From the NCBI GenBank assembly GCA_964404305.1, contig CAYOJP010000004.1:1624-38408 (forward strand): 36,785 bases of DNA. The letters are read 5' to 3'. Origin of the DNA: an uncultured Gammaproteobacteria bacterium (GTDB lineage Bacteria; Pseudomonadota; Gammaproteobacteria; JADZEE01). Below, piece after piece: positions 16,695 through 25,440 of this stretch. How positions within the stretch are numbered: position 1 is the first letter of the stretch; the number at the start of each line of letters is the position of its first letter. The notes below the pieces were generated by a model that was not told where the DNA came from, did not search any database, and worked only from the letters and a program-made list of their open reading frames with translations. A program made the translations under genes and the position numbers.

Positions 16695-18383
16695 TCAGGC
16701 TCCGTAGGCTGCGCCCGCCTGTTCGACCGACACCAGGCCGTCGCTCACGTCCTCCGCCAGCCGCGCCCGATCCCGTTCGCCGGGCGGGCCGTATCCGCCG
16801 CCACCGGTCTCGTACACCTCCACCTCGTCGCCACGCGCGAGTTCGAAGAACGACTGTATGGCCACCGGGGTCTCGATGCCGTTGCGGCGAAGCATGACCC
16901 GGGAGGTCGGCGCGCGGCCGCCTCCGCACAGGCCGTAGGGCCGTGTCTCATCGTGCGAGCCGCCGCCGAAATTCACGGCGGAGATGCCGTCGGCGTTCAC
17001 CCGCCAGCGATACACGGTGCCCATGCCGCCGCGCCATCGCCCCGGGCCGGCGCTGTCCGGCCAGTACTCGTACTGCAGGATCGTGTAGGGATTCACCAAC
17101 TCGTGCAGTTCGGGGTCGGGCGCCCGCAGGCCACCGGCCGTAATCACCGTGCCCATGTGATCCCAGCCGTCCAGTCCCCGCGTAGCTCCCGCCCCGGACT
17201 TGGCCATGAAGTGGATGTCGCCGAAGTGACGGCCGGTGCCCGGATTGAAGCCCATCGTCGACGGCGACAGCCACCGTCCCCAGCCGGCGTACATCCGCTC
17301 GGGCACGGCCTGCGCCAGCGCCATCCACGTTGCCTCGATCATCACTTCGGACGTCACGACCGTGCACGCCGTTACCGGGGCCGGCTCGCGAGCATTGAGG
17401 ATCGTGCCCTCGGGCGCCTCGACGCTCAGGGCCCGAAGTGCACCCTCGTTGTACTTCACGCCGGAGCAGACGGTCATGAACAATGCCTGGAACGACGTCG
17501 AGACCGTGTTCGACAGCGTGCTGTTCACGAACCCCTTCGCCTGCGGGTCACTGCGCGACCAGTCGAAGTGGACCGAGTCGTCAGCCACCGTGAGAGCGAG
17601 ACGCACCGCGAGCATCTCACCGTCGACGCCGTCGGCGTCGATGTGCCGCTCGGCCCGGTAGGTGCCGTTCGGCACCGCGCGCAAGGCCGCGCGCATCTGC
17701 CGTTCGGCGGCGTCGAACATGCGTTCCCCCGCCTCCTCCAGCACCTCGAACCCGTACTTGTCCGCCAGGGCCCTGAGGCTGCGGTCGCCGATCGTGCAGG
17801 CGCCGATCTGGCATTCCAGGTCGGCCTCCACCAGCCAGGGCATGCGCACGTTGCTCAGGATGAGATCCCACAGCGCCTTGTTGCGCCGCCCGCGCAGCAG
17901 CAGCTTCGCCGGCGGGATGCGTATGCATTCGTCCCAGACGCTGCGCGCCGCCGGGTTGTAGCCGACTACCCCGCCGCCCCCGACATCCGCGTGATGCCCC
18001 TTGGACACCGCCCAGAAGCGGATGGCGCCGCCCGCGAACACCGGCTTCGCCACGGTGATGTCGGGAGGATGGTTGTTGCCCCGGTACGGGTCGTTGAGGA
18101 TGAAGACGTCGCCTTCGTCGATGTCAGCCGCGAACTCACCGGCGATGCTGCGCACCGCCGACGGGAGCGCGCCCATCAGCACCGGGATGTAGGCCGTCTG
18201 CGCCAGCAGCCGCAGCCGCTGGTCGAAGATCCCCGTGACGAAGTCCCGCGCCTCGGAGAAAATCGGCGACCGCGACGTGCGCAGCATCGTCTGGCCGATC
18301 TCCCGGCTGATGGCATCCAGCCGGTTGCTGATCACCGACACCTGGATCGGATCCACCGTCGGATTCACGGCTTCCGCGTTCAT
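16695..18383 (-). CDS. hydantoinase B/oxoprolinase family protein (HyuB-like subunit)
   Basis: DPIQVSVISNRLDAISREIGQTMLRTSRSPIFSEARDFVTGIFD is the typical HyuB N-terminus. The ATG at 18383 overlaps the HyuA stop (ATGA). Confidence 0.88.
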   Translation of the reverse strand: MNAEAVNPTVDPIQVSVISNRLDAISREIGQTMLRTSRSPIFSEARDFVTGIFDQRLRLLAQTAYIPVLMGALPSAVRSIAGEFAADIDEGDVFILNDPYRGNNHPPDITVAKPVFAGGAIRFWAVSKGHHADVGGGGVVGYNPAARSVWDECIRIPPAKLLLRGRRNKALWDLILSNVRMPWLVEADLECQIGACTIGDRSLRALADKYGFEVLEEAGERMFDAAERQMRAALRAVPNGTYRAERHIDADGVDGEMLAVRLALTVADDSVHFDWSRSDPQAKGFVNSTLSNTVSTSFQALFMTVCSGVKYNEGALRALSVEAPEGTILNAREPAPVTACTVVTSEVMIEATWMALAQAVPERMYAGWGRWLSPSTMGFNPGTGRHFGDIHFMAKSGAGATRGLDGWDHMGTVITAGGLRAPDPELHELVNPYTILQYEYWPDSAGPGRWRGGMGTVYRWRVNADGISAVNFGGGSHDETRPYGLCGGGRAPTSRVMLRRNGIETPVAIQSFFELARGDEVEVYETGGGGYGPPGERDRARLAEDVSDGLVSVEQAGAAYGA

Positions 18384-20479
18384 GCCGTCGCCTCCACGCC
18401 GAGCTTGCGGACCAGCGCCTGCAGGTCGGTGCCCTTGCGGTACATCAGGTAATTGTTGGCCACGTCGCACGCAAGGTCGTAATCCGGCGGCACCAGTATC
18501 GTCGTCGTCGGCTGGACGATGATCGCGGGCCCCGCGACCACGTTGCCGTTGAGCAGCAGCAAGCCATCGTACACCGGTGTCTCCACGAACGCGCCGTCGA
18601 ACCAGGCCCGCCGCGCACCGCGCCTGGCCGCGACCGGATCGCGGTCCTGCGCCGGATAGGTCGGCATCGCCGGCTTGTCCGTGCGGCCGCGCGAACTGAC
18701 GCGCAGATTGATGATCTCCATGGGCGAACCCGGCATCGAATAGCCGTAGAGTTCGTCGTGGCGACGGTGAAAGTCCGCCGCCAGCGTCGCCAGCGCCGCG
18801 GCCGTGAATTCCCCGCCCGCGAACGCCGCGACCTCCACTTCGTTGAACTGGCCGACGTAGCGCAGGTCGGCAGCGTAGCTGACGAGGGCCCGGTCCCGCG
18901 GCACGTTCTCATCCTCCAGCGTGCCCAGCGCGCGTTCGCTGATTCCGCGGTAGATTCGTCCGACCGCTTCGATGTCCACCGCGTCGAACTCCCGCGCGTA
19001 GGTGTGCACGTAATCGTGCTTGAGGTCGGAGATGAGCATGCCGGCGGCGCAGAACACCGACGATTCACGCGGGATCTGGACCAGGGGTATCCCGAGCTCC
19101 CGCGCGATCGGCGCCGCGTGCAGTGGTCCGGCGCCACCGGCGACGACCAGCACGAATTCCCGCGGATCGTACCCGCGCTGCACGGACACCACCGACAGTG
19201 CAGCCGCCATGTCCGCATTCACGACCTGGTAGATGCCCCAGGCCGCCTCGACGACGCCGACGCCCAGCGCCCTGGCGACATGGGCCTCGATTGCCGCATG
19301 CGCGGCCGCGCCGTCGAGGGTCAGTTCGCCCCCGGCGAAATCGAGATAGCCGAGGACGTAGTTCGCGTCGGTTACCGTCGGCTGCAGACCCCCGCGGCCG
19401 TAGCACGCCGGTCCGGGTACCGCGCCCGCGCTCTTCGGCCCCACGTTCAGCAGTCCACCGCCATCGATCCACGCGATCGACCCGCCGCCCGAACCCACGG
19501 TGTGGATGTCGAGGCTGGGCGACGCTATCCGGTGGCCACCGATCGAGCCTTCGGTGGACACGTTCGGCGCCCCGTTGCGGACCAGCGCCACGTCGAACGA
19601 GGTGCCGCCCATGTCGACGGTGATGAGATTGCGGAACCCGTGCACGGCACCGTAGTGAATTCCGGCCTGCGGCGCCCCCGCCGGCCCCGACAGCAGGGTA
19701 TTGGACGCAAACCGCTGCGCCACCTGCGGCGACATGACCCCCCCGTTCGACTGCATGATCAGCAGCGTGCCGGCGAAGCCCAGCTCGCGCAGCCGGCGGT
19801 CGAGCCGCGAAAGGTAGCGCTCGAGCACGGGCCCCACGTACGCATTGAGCACGGTGGTGCTGTGCCGCTCGTAGGCCCGGATCTGGGGCAGGATCTCGGC
19901 CGACAACGAGATGTAGACGCCCGGCAGCTCCTCGGCGAGGATTTCCCCGGTACGCCGCTCGTGACGGTCATTGCGGAACGACCACAGGTAGGACACCGCC
20001 ACGGCCTCGACGCCCTGCTCGCGGAACCGGCGTGCCGCGCTGCGCACCTCGTCTTCGTCCAAGGGCGCGAGCACGCTGCCGGACGAGGAGATCCGTTCGG
20101 TTACCGGCGCGATCCGCCGCCGCGGAACCAGCTGGGGAGGTGGCGCGTAGATGTCGAACTGCCGTTCCTTGAGGCCGCGGCGCATGTTCAGCAGGTCGCG
20201 AAAGCCCGCCGTCGTGACGAATCCGGTCATCGCTCCCTCGCCGGTAAGCACGGCGTTGGTCGTGATCGTCGTTCCGTGGACGATGGTGTCCACGCGTCCG
20301 AGCCACCGGGCGAGGGGCGTCCCGGACTCCGCGGCGGCGCGCACCAGGCCGTTCTCGAATCCGACGGCAGGATCGTCCGGCGTGGTGGAGGTCTTGAAGA
20401 TCCGCGTGCTGCCATCGTCCTCCCGGACGAGGAAGTCGGTGAACGTTCCGCCCACGTCGACTCCGATTCTTATGCCCAA
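18380..20479 (-). CDS. hydantoinase A/oxoprolinase family protein (HyuA-like subunit)
   Basis: IGVDVGGTFTDF ATPase motif; 699 aa. TTG start preceded by AGAGGA. Confidence 0.88.
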   Translation of the reverse strand: MGIRIGVDVGGTFTDFLVREDDGSTRIFKTSTTPDDPAVGFENGLVRAAAESGTPLARWLGRVDTIVHGTTITTNAVLTGEGAMTGFVTTAGFRDLLNMRRGLKERQFDIYAPPPQLVPRRRIAPVTERISSSGSVLAPLDEDEVRSAARRFREQGVEAVAVSYLWSFRNDRHERRTGEILAEELPGVYISLSAEILPQIRAYERHSTTVLNAYVGPVLERYLSRLDRRLRELGFAGTLLIMQSNGGVMSPQVAQRFASNTLLSGPAGAPQAGIHYGAVHGFRNLITVDMGGTSFDVALVRNGAPNVSTEGSIGGHRIASPSLDIHTVGSGGGSIAWIDGGGLLNVGPKSAGAVPGPACYGRGGLQPTVTDANYVLGYLDFAGGELTLDGAAAHAAIEAHVARALGVGVVEAAWGIYQVVNADMAAALSVVSVQRGYDPREFVLVVAGGAGPLHAAPIARELGIPLVQIPRESSVFCAAGMLISDLKHDYVHTYAREFDAVDIEAVGRIYRGISERALGTLEDENVPRDRALVSYAADLRYVGQFNEVEVAAFAGGEFTAAALATLAADFHRRHDELYGYSMPGSPMEIINLRVSSRGRTDKPAMPTYPAQDRDPVAARRGARRAWFDGAFVETPVYDGLLLLNGNVVAGPAIIVQPTTTILVPPDYDLACDVANNYLMYRKGTDLQALVRKLGVEATA

Positions 20480-20630
20480 GTCAGGTATCCTCTGTCACAG
20501 GCGTCCGGGCGGGACCAGCGGTCGCAGGCGGCGCGGGCTGACATGGAATTGCCCGCGGGCGTGACCGCATGATCCCATCCGGCCAGGAGGGCGGCACCCC
20601 GGGGGATACGCGAGCACCACGGCGACGACG

Positions 20631-21215
20631 ATGAAGAAACCCGATACTGCATCCCCGATCGACTCCGTTCACGACAACTGGCATCTCGGGCGCAGCCGTG
20701 GCGACGTGCTCGTGACCGAGCTCGAACTCGTCATGATGCGCTTCCAGCAGGCATTCGAACGCTGGGTGCTCCATGTGACCGCGCGCTGCGGCGATCCCGG
20801 GATGAGCTTCGCCGAAGTCATCCTGCTGCATTCCGTCCGGCTCCAGGACACCCCGTGCAGCGCCCAGTCGATTGCCCGTCTCCTCAATCGCGACGACATC
20901 CCCAACGTCCAGTACTCGCTGCGCAAGCTCGTCAAGCGCGGCTATCTCGCGCACGCACCCGGAGGCAGCAAGACCTACATCTTCACGGTGACGGAGCGCG
21001 GGCGCCGGCTCACGGATTACTACGCCGAGATTCGCCGTGCGGTCCTGGTCGCCCATACGCCCAACCTCGACGTGATGGAGGGCCAGATCCAGTCCATCAT
21101 CAACTACGTGGGCATGCTCACCGGCCAGTACGACGAGGCGATGCGCAAGGCGACGACGTACCACTTCCCGCGCCTGGGGGACGACGGCACCGGGGATTCC
21201 GGCGCCGACCGCTGA
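20631..21215 (+). CDS. winged-helix (MarR-like) transcriptional regulator
   Basis: MSFAEVILLHSV...AQSIARLLNRDDIPNVQYSLRKLVKRGYL...TERG is a wHTH pattern. The flanks are atypical for MarR. No obvious SD. Confidence 0.6.
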   Translation: MKKPDTASPIDSVHDNWHLGRSRGDVLVTELELVMMRFQQAFERWVLHVTARCGDPGMSFAEVILLHSVRLQDTPCSAQSIARLLNRDDIPNVQYSLRKLVKRGYLAHAPGGSKTYIFTVTERGRRLTDYYAEIRRAVLVAHTPNLDVMEGQIQSIINYVGMLTGQYDEAMRKATTYHFPRLGDDGTGDSGADR

Positions 21216-21246
21216 AGTCCGGCCGCCCGCGGCGTCCGGTACCGCG

Positions 21247-22290
21247 TCAGACATGCGGCATCACCTCCGCGGCGAAGCGCCGGAGCACGTTGGCAGCGGA
21301 GCGCTCGTCCTGCGACGTGGTCGTCAGCGCGATGTCCGTGATGCCCGCCTCCTCCAGCTCGTGCACCTTGGCGACGCAATCCCGCGGCGTGCCGGCGATG
21401 CAGCACTTCATGACCACCGCGTCCGGCACCAGTTCGCGGTGCCGCGCGGTCCGGTCGAGGTGCTGGTAGAACCGGTAGTTTTCGGTGACGTTCCGGACCA
21501 CGTCCGCGTGCTCGACCCCGAGCGTGTCGGGCAGATACTGCTTGCGCGCGATGTTGCGGGCGGCGGTCTGTCGCACCTGATCGAAGGCCACGGAGCGCTC
21601 GTCGTCGATGGCGCCCTCGATTGCCGCGATGATCCGGAAGCCCTGGAGGTCGCGTCCGGCCTGTGCCGCGCCTTCGCGCACCGCCGCCACCGTTGCGTGC
21701 ACCCCCTCGGCGTTGCCCCCCATGTGGCCGTCGACGATGACCCCGTCGCAGATCATCCCGGCCACCCGGGCCGATTTCGGGCTCATGACGGCGAACTCGA
21801 TCGGCACCCTGCCCCAGGTCCCGGTGCCCACGACCCGCACTCGCTTCTCCTGGCCCCACACCACGCGCCCGGCGCCTTCGGCCGGTGGCAGGGCGTCCAC
21901 TTCCTCCCCCCGGAACAGTGCCCGCATGAATTCGATCCGCTGCCGCATCTGGTCCAGCTTCGCAGGCGCCAGCCCGGCGGTCCGCACCGCCGAGTCGCCG
22001 GCCCCGACCCCGCAGACCGCGCGGCCGCCGGACACCAGGTTGAGCGACGTGAACGCGTTGACCGTCACCGCGGGATGGCGGGTCACGGTGTTGGTGACGC
22101 CGGCGCCGAGCCGGACCCGGCGCGTGTTGTAGGCGCACGCGGTCAGCGCGACGTAGACGTCGTGCCAGATCATCTGCGAATCGCCGATGTAAACGGAATC
22201 GAACCCGCTCTCCTCCGCCAGGCATGCCAGGCGGACGACCGAGTCGATGCTGGAATCGGAATGCGGCCAGATCATGGTGCTGAAGCGCAT
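21247..22290 (-). CDS. LLM-class oxidoreductase (Mer/F420-type-like subfamily)
   Basis: AEESGFDSVYIGDS, RLGAGVTN and GRAVCGVGAGDS. The ATG at 22290 is preceded by GGGAGAG. An alternative ATG is at 22308. Confidence 0.75.
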   Translation of the reverse strand: MRFSTMIWPHSDSSIDSVVRLACLAEESGFDSVYIGDSQMIWHDVYVALTACAYNTRRVRLGAGVTNTVTRHPAVTVNAFTSLNLVSGGRAVCGVGAGDSAVRTAGLAPAKLDQMRQRIEFMRALFRGEEVDALPPAEGAGRVVWGQEKRVRVVGTGTWGRVPIEFAVMSPKSARVAGMICDGVIVDGHMGGNAEGVHATVAAVREGAAQAGRDLQGFRIIAAIEGAIDDERSVAFDQVRQTAARNIARKQYLPDTLGVEHADVVRNVTENYRFYQHLDRTARHRELVPDAVVMKCCIAGTPRDCVAKVHELEEAGITDIALTTTSQDERSAANVLRRFAAEVMPHV

Positions 22291-22420
22291 GGGGCTCTCC
22301 CGTTTCATTGTTGCCGGTCAGGCGCGTTCGACTCGCCGACGTGCTCATTGCCAACCGCGGGATGACGCGCGGACCCGCCGCGCGCGCGGCGCCCCGGGGG
22401 CCTGCGCGACGGCACCGGCG

Positions 22421-23626
22421 TCATCGCGCGGTGCCGACCTCGATCACGACCGCCATTCCCGTGTCGCCGGCGGCGCAGCCCGTGAACAGGCCCCAGCCGC
22501 CGCCGGCCAGCACCAGTTCCTCGATCAGCTCGATGATCGCGCGCATGCCGGTCGCGCCCTGGGGATGACCCCAGATCAGCGAGCAGCCGTAGTTGTTCAT
22601 CCGCATGACGTCGAACCCCGTCTCGCGCGCGAACACGCAGTCGTTGACCGCGAAGGGATTGTGCGTCTTGACCGCGGCCACGCGGTCGATGCCTATGCCG
22701 GCCATCGCGAGCGCCCGCCGCGCGGCCGGCACGGTCGCGGCCGGCATGTACCCGGGATCCGTCCGGGCGAGGCCGTGTCCGGCGATCCGGATCCCGATAG
22801 TCCGATCGGCCGACAGCTCGCGCGCCATGTCGGCGGTGGTAATGAGCATGCCGGCCGCGCCATCGGCAGGATGCGTCTGCCCGCCGTAGGTTACCGTGCC
22901 GCCGGGTTTTACCGGCCGCAGCCTGGCCAGTCCTTCCGCGGTGGTCGGATGGATGCCCTCGTCCCCGTCCAGCATCGCGAGCGTCCTCGCGAACCCGGCG
23001 TCCGGCACCGGGAACGGCAGCTGCATGTAGCGGCGCTGGAACGCCGCCCCGTCGCGGAGCGCGTCGTCGTATTGCTGGCGCCGCCGCAGGGCGACGGCAT
23101 GCTGCTCGGCGGTCGGAATGCCCCATTTCGCTGCGCAGTTCTCGGCGGTCGTGGTCATGTCGCAGCCTACCAGCGGATCCTCGCTGATGTTCTTCAGCAT
23201 CCAGTCCTCACACTCCCCGCGCCCGCCCGGCCCGCGCGGATCCGGGTAGTAGAGGTGCGGTGCATTGGAGGTGCGGTCCGCGGTCACGGCGAGCACGCAG
23301 CTCGATGCGCCCGTCCCGATTCGGTCCGAAGCGTGCGCGATCACCGCGGCACTGGTCGCGCAGGCCTGGGCGATGGTAGGCCCGCCGATCTCCCCGAGCC
23401 CCATCATTCCGGTCAGCCAGGGCAATCCGTAGAAACATTGCGGCTGCGGCACGGTGTGGCCCAGCACGCCGTAATCGATGACCTGTGGCGCGATTCCCCG
23501 GGCCGACAGCGCGTTCCTCGCCAGGTGCGCCGCGAACCGTACGCTGTGCAGGTGCGACAGGCTGCCCTGCCATTTCGCGAACGGGCTGCACCAGTAGGCG
23601 CCATGTGGAATCCAGGTGGCTTGCAT
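22421..23626 (-). CDS. thiolase-family acyl-CoA acetyltransferase
   Basis: Active-site Cys context IAQACATSAAV, plus the C-terminal GHPQGATGMR and FTGCAAGDTGMAVVIE. GGGGGA RBS. Confidence 0.85.
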   Translation of the reverse strand: MQATWIPHGAYWCSPFAKWQGSLSHLHSVRFAAHLARNALSARGIAPQVIDYGVLGHTVPQPQCFYGLPWLTGMMGLGEIGGPTIAQACATSAAVIAHASDRIGTGASSCVLAVTADRTSNAPHLYYPDPRGPGGRGECEDWMLKNISEDPLVGCDMTTTAENCAAKWGIPTAEQHAVALRRRQQYDDALRDGAAFQRRYMQLPFPVPDAGFARTLAMLDGDEGIHPTTAEGLARLRPVKPGGTVTYGGQTHPADGAAGMLITTADMARELSADRTIGIRIAGHGLARTDPGYMPAATVPAARRALAMAGIGIDRVAAVKTHNPFAVNDCVFARETGFDVMRMNNYGCSLIWGHPQGATGMRAIIELIEELVLAGGGWGLFTGCAAGDTGMAVVIEVGTAR

Positions 23627-23904
23627 TCAATCCCCCTGCGCACCGCCGTCAAAGTCCGGCCTGGCTGCGACGTGGCAGCCGCGGCCCCGGACTCGGGGAC
23701 CACTCGCCGGTTCCTCCGCGGCCGGTCCTCGGATACCGAGGATGCCAGCCGGCGTACGAGGGTCGCGGCCGTCAGGCAGCGTGGACTGGCGCCAGCATGC
23801 GCTTGCGGCCGCGCAGGTGCGGGTTCCTCCGGGTCGCCCGCCGCGTCCGGCTTCGAGCCGCTCGACGCCGGCAAAGATCGCGCACTGGACGGATCCGCGC
23901 GCCG

Positions 23905-24075
23905 GTTATCGTCAACTTACTGATTCCAATGTTCTTAATATGTGAGAGGCACTGTCATTCCCAAGGCCGCAGGCTCGACATGCCTGACTCTTATCTGGAT
24001 ATTTTCAATTGAAACTAGCGTGAATGGTGGTATTTATCAACGACAAGTTTCAGGTAGCTTCAATTAACATGGGGC
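23905..24075. promoter_or_regulatory. AT-rich divergent control region between the thiolase operon and the Mo-hydroxylase operon
   Basis: About 41% G+C by hand count over 23911-24070, against roughly 70% elsewhere. TTCAATT occurs twice (24004-24010 and 24059-24065). A 7-bp inverted repeat TGAAACT/AGTTTCA lies at 24010-24016 and 24046-24052. Confidence 0.4.
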
Positions 24076-24115
24076 AGCACCCGGCGTTCGGGTCGACAGA
24101 CGGGAGAGACAGCGG

Positions 24116-24964
24116 ATGGATTTCATAGAACCTCGCAGCCTTGGCGACGCTCTCGCTGCGCTGGCCGCGCACGACGACGCCCGGTGCATCGCGGGCGGCG
24201 CGACGCTGGTCGCCATGATGAATGCCGATCTGCTCGCGCCCGGGGCCCTCGTCTCGCTCCGTCACCTGCGGGAACTCCGCGGCATCGAAGAGCGCGACGG
24301 TGAACTGCGCATCGGCGCGATGACGCGCCATGCCGAGATCGCCGCCGACGAGCGCTTGCGCGGCGCCTGGGGCGTCGTCCGTCATGCGGCCGGCCAGATC
24401 GCCCACCCGGCGGTACGCAACATGGGCACCATCGGCGGCTCGATCTGCCACGCGGACCCGAACGCCGACTTTCCGACCGCCCTCACCGCGGCCGGCGCGC
24501 GCGTCGAGGCCCTCGGCCGGGACGGGCCGCGGACGATCGCGATCGACGACTTCTTCCGGAACTACCTGGAGACCGCACTCGCGCCCGGCGAGATCGTCAC
24601 CGCGATAGTGCTGCCACGCAGCCCGGCCGGCGCCCGCGGCCGCCACCTGAAATTCGCGCGCGTGCACGGCGATTACGCCACGATCAGCGTCGCCGCCGTG
24701 GTCGCCACGAATGGCGGGCGCTGCACCCATGCACGCGTTGCCGTCGGCTCCGCCGGACCGCGGCCGGTGCACGTGGCGGCCGCCGACGCGGCCCTGACCG
24801 CGGAGGGTCTCACCGCCGCTGCCATCGCCCGCGCCGGCGCCCTGCTCGCGCAGGCCGCCGATCCGGTCGATGACGTGCGCGGATCCGGCGCCTACCGGCG
24901 CCGCCTGATCCCGCGCCTGGTCGCCCGGCTCCTCACCGATCTGCGCAGTACCGACGGAGGCTGA
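24116..24964 (+). CDS. xanthine-dehydrogenase-family FAD-binding subunit (CoxM-like)
   Basis: IAGGATLVAMMN, GTIGGSICHADP and the C-terminal GSGAYRRRL. GGGAGAG RBS. Confidence 0.88.
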   Translation: MDFIEPRSLGDALAALAAHDDARCIAGGATLVAMMNADLLAPGALVSLRHLRELRGIEERDGELRIGAMTRHAEIAADERLRGAWGVVRHAAGQIAHPAVRNMGTIGGSICHADPNADFPTALTAAGARVEALGRDGPRTIAIDDFFRNYLETALAPGEIVTAIVLPRSPAGARGRHLKFARVHGDYATISVAAVVATNGGRCTHARVAVGSAGPRPVHVAAADAALTAEGLTAAAIARAGALLAQAADPVDDVRGSGAYRRRLIPRLVARLLTDLRSTDGG

Positions 24965-24969
24965 TTCCC

Positions 24970-25440
24970 ATGACCCGCATGGCCCTGGAACTCACCGTCA
25001 ACGGCGAACCCCGCGCCCTCGACATCGACACCCGCCGCACGTTGCTCGAGGTGCTGCGCGAGCACCTGAACCTGAAGGGCGCCAAACGCGGCTGCAACCA
25101 GGGTGTCTGCGGCGCCTGCACGGTGCTGGCCGACGGCAAGCCGGTGCGCTCGTGCATATCGCTGGCGGCCAACCTCGGCGGCTGCGAAATCACCACCATC
25201 GAGGGCCTCGCCCGTGGCGGCGAGCTCGACGCCGTGCAGCAGTCGTTCCTCGACCATGGCGCGGTCCAGTGCGGCTTCTGCACTGCCGGCGTGGTACTCA
25301 CCTGCCGCGCCCTCGTCGACGAGGGCAAGCCGCTCACCGTGGATTCGGTGCGGCATGCGATCGGCGGCAACCTGTGCCGCTGCTCGGGCTACGTGAAAAT
25401 CGTCGATGCGGTGCTGGCCGCCGCGGGAGACCCGCGATGA
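24970..25440 (+). CDS. (2Fe-2S)-binding small subunit (CoxS-like)
   Basis: GCNQGVCGACTV...RSC and QCGFCTAG...CRCSGY cysteine clusters. Confidence 0.92.
   Translation: MTRMALELTVNGEPRALDIDTRRTLLEVLREHLNLKGAKRGCNQGVCGACTVLADGKPVRSCISLAANLGGCEITTIEGLARGGELDAVQQSFLDHGAVQCGFCTAGVVLTCRALVDEGKPLTVDSVRHAIGGNLCRCSGYVKIVDAVLAAAGDPR

Noticed and set aside
16695-20479. Naming HyuAB as acetone carboxylase or 5-oxoprolinase outright.
   Set aside because: No gamma subunit gene is present. Family membership alone does not fix the substrate, so I kept the generic call and put the alternatives in the findings.
23413-23874. 153-aa minus-strand ORF upstream of the thiolase with fairly high third-position GC; a possible missing DUF35-like partner.
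   Set aside because: It overlaps the thiolase CDS by about 200 nt in another frame. The translation is Arg/Pro/Ser-rich without Zn-ribbon cysteines. It remains only as a pseudogene possibility in the leader finding.
23948-23961. Sigma-54-like element GGCAC-N5-TTCC upstream of the Mo-hydroxylase operon.
   Set aside because: The -12 element has CC instead of the near-invariant GC. No enhancer-binding protein gene lies in the window. The distance of about 155 nt to the ATG is uninformative. I kept it only as part of the AT-rich region finding.
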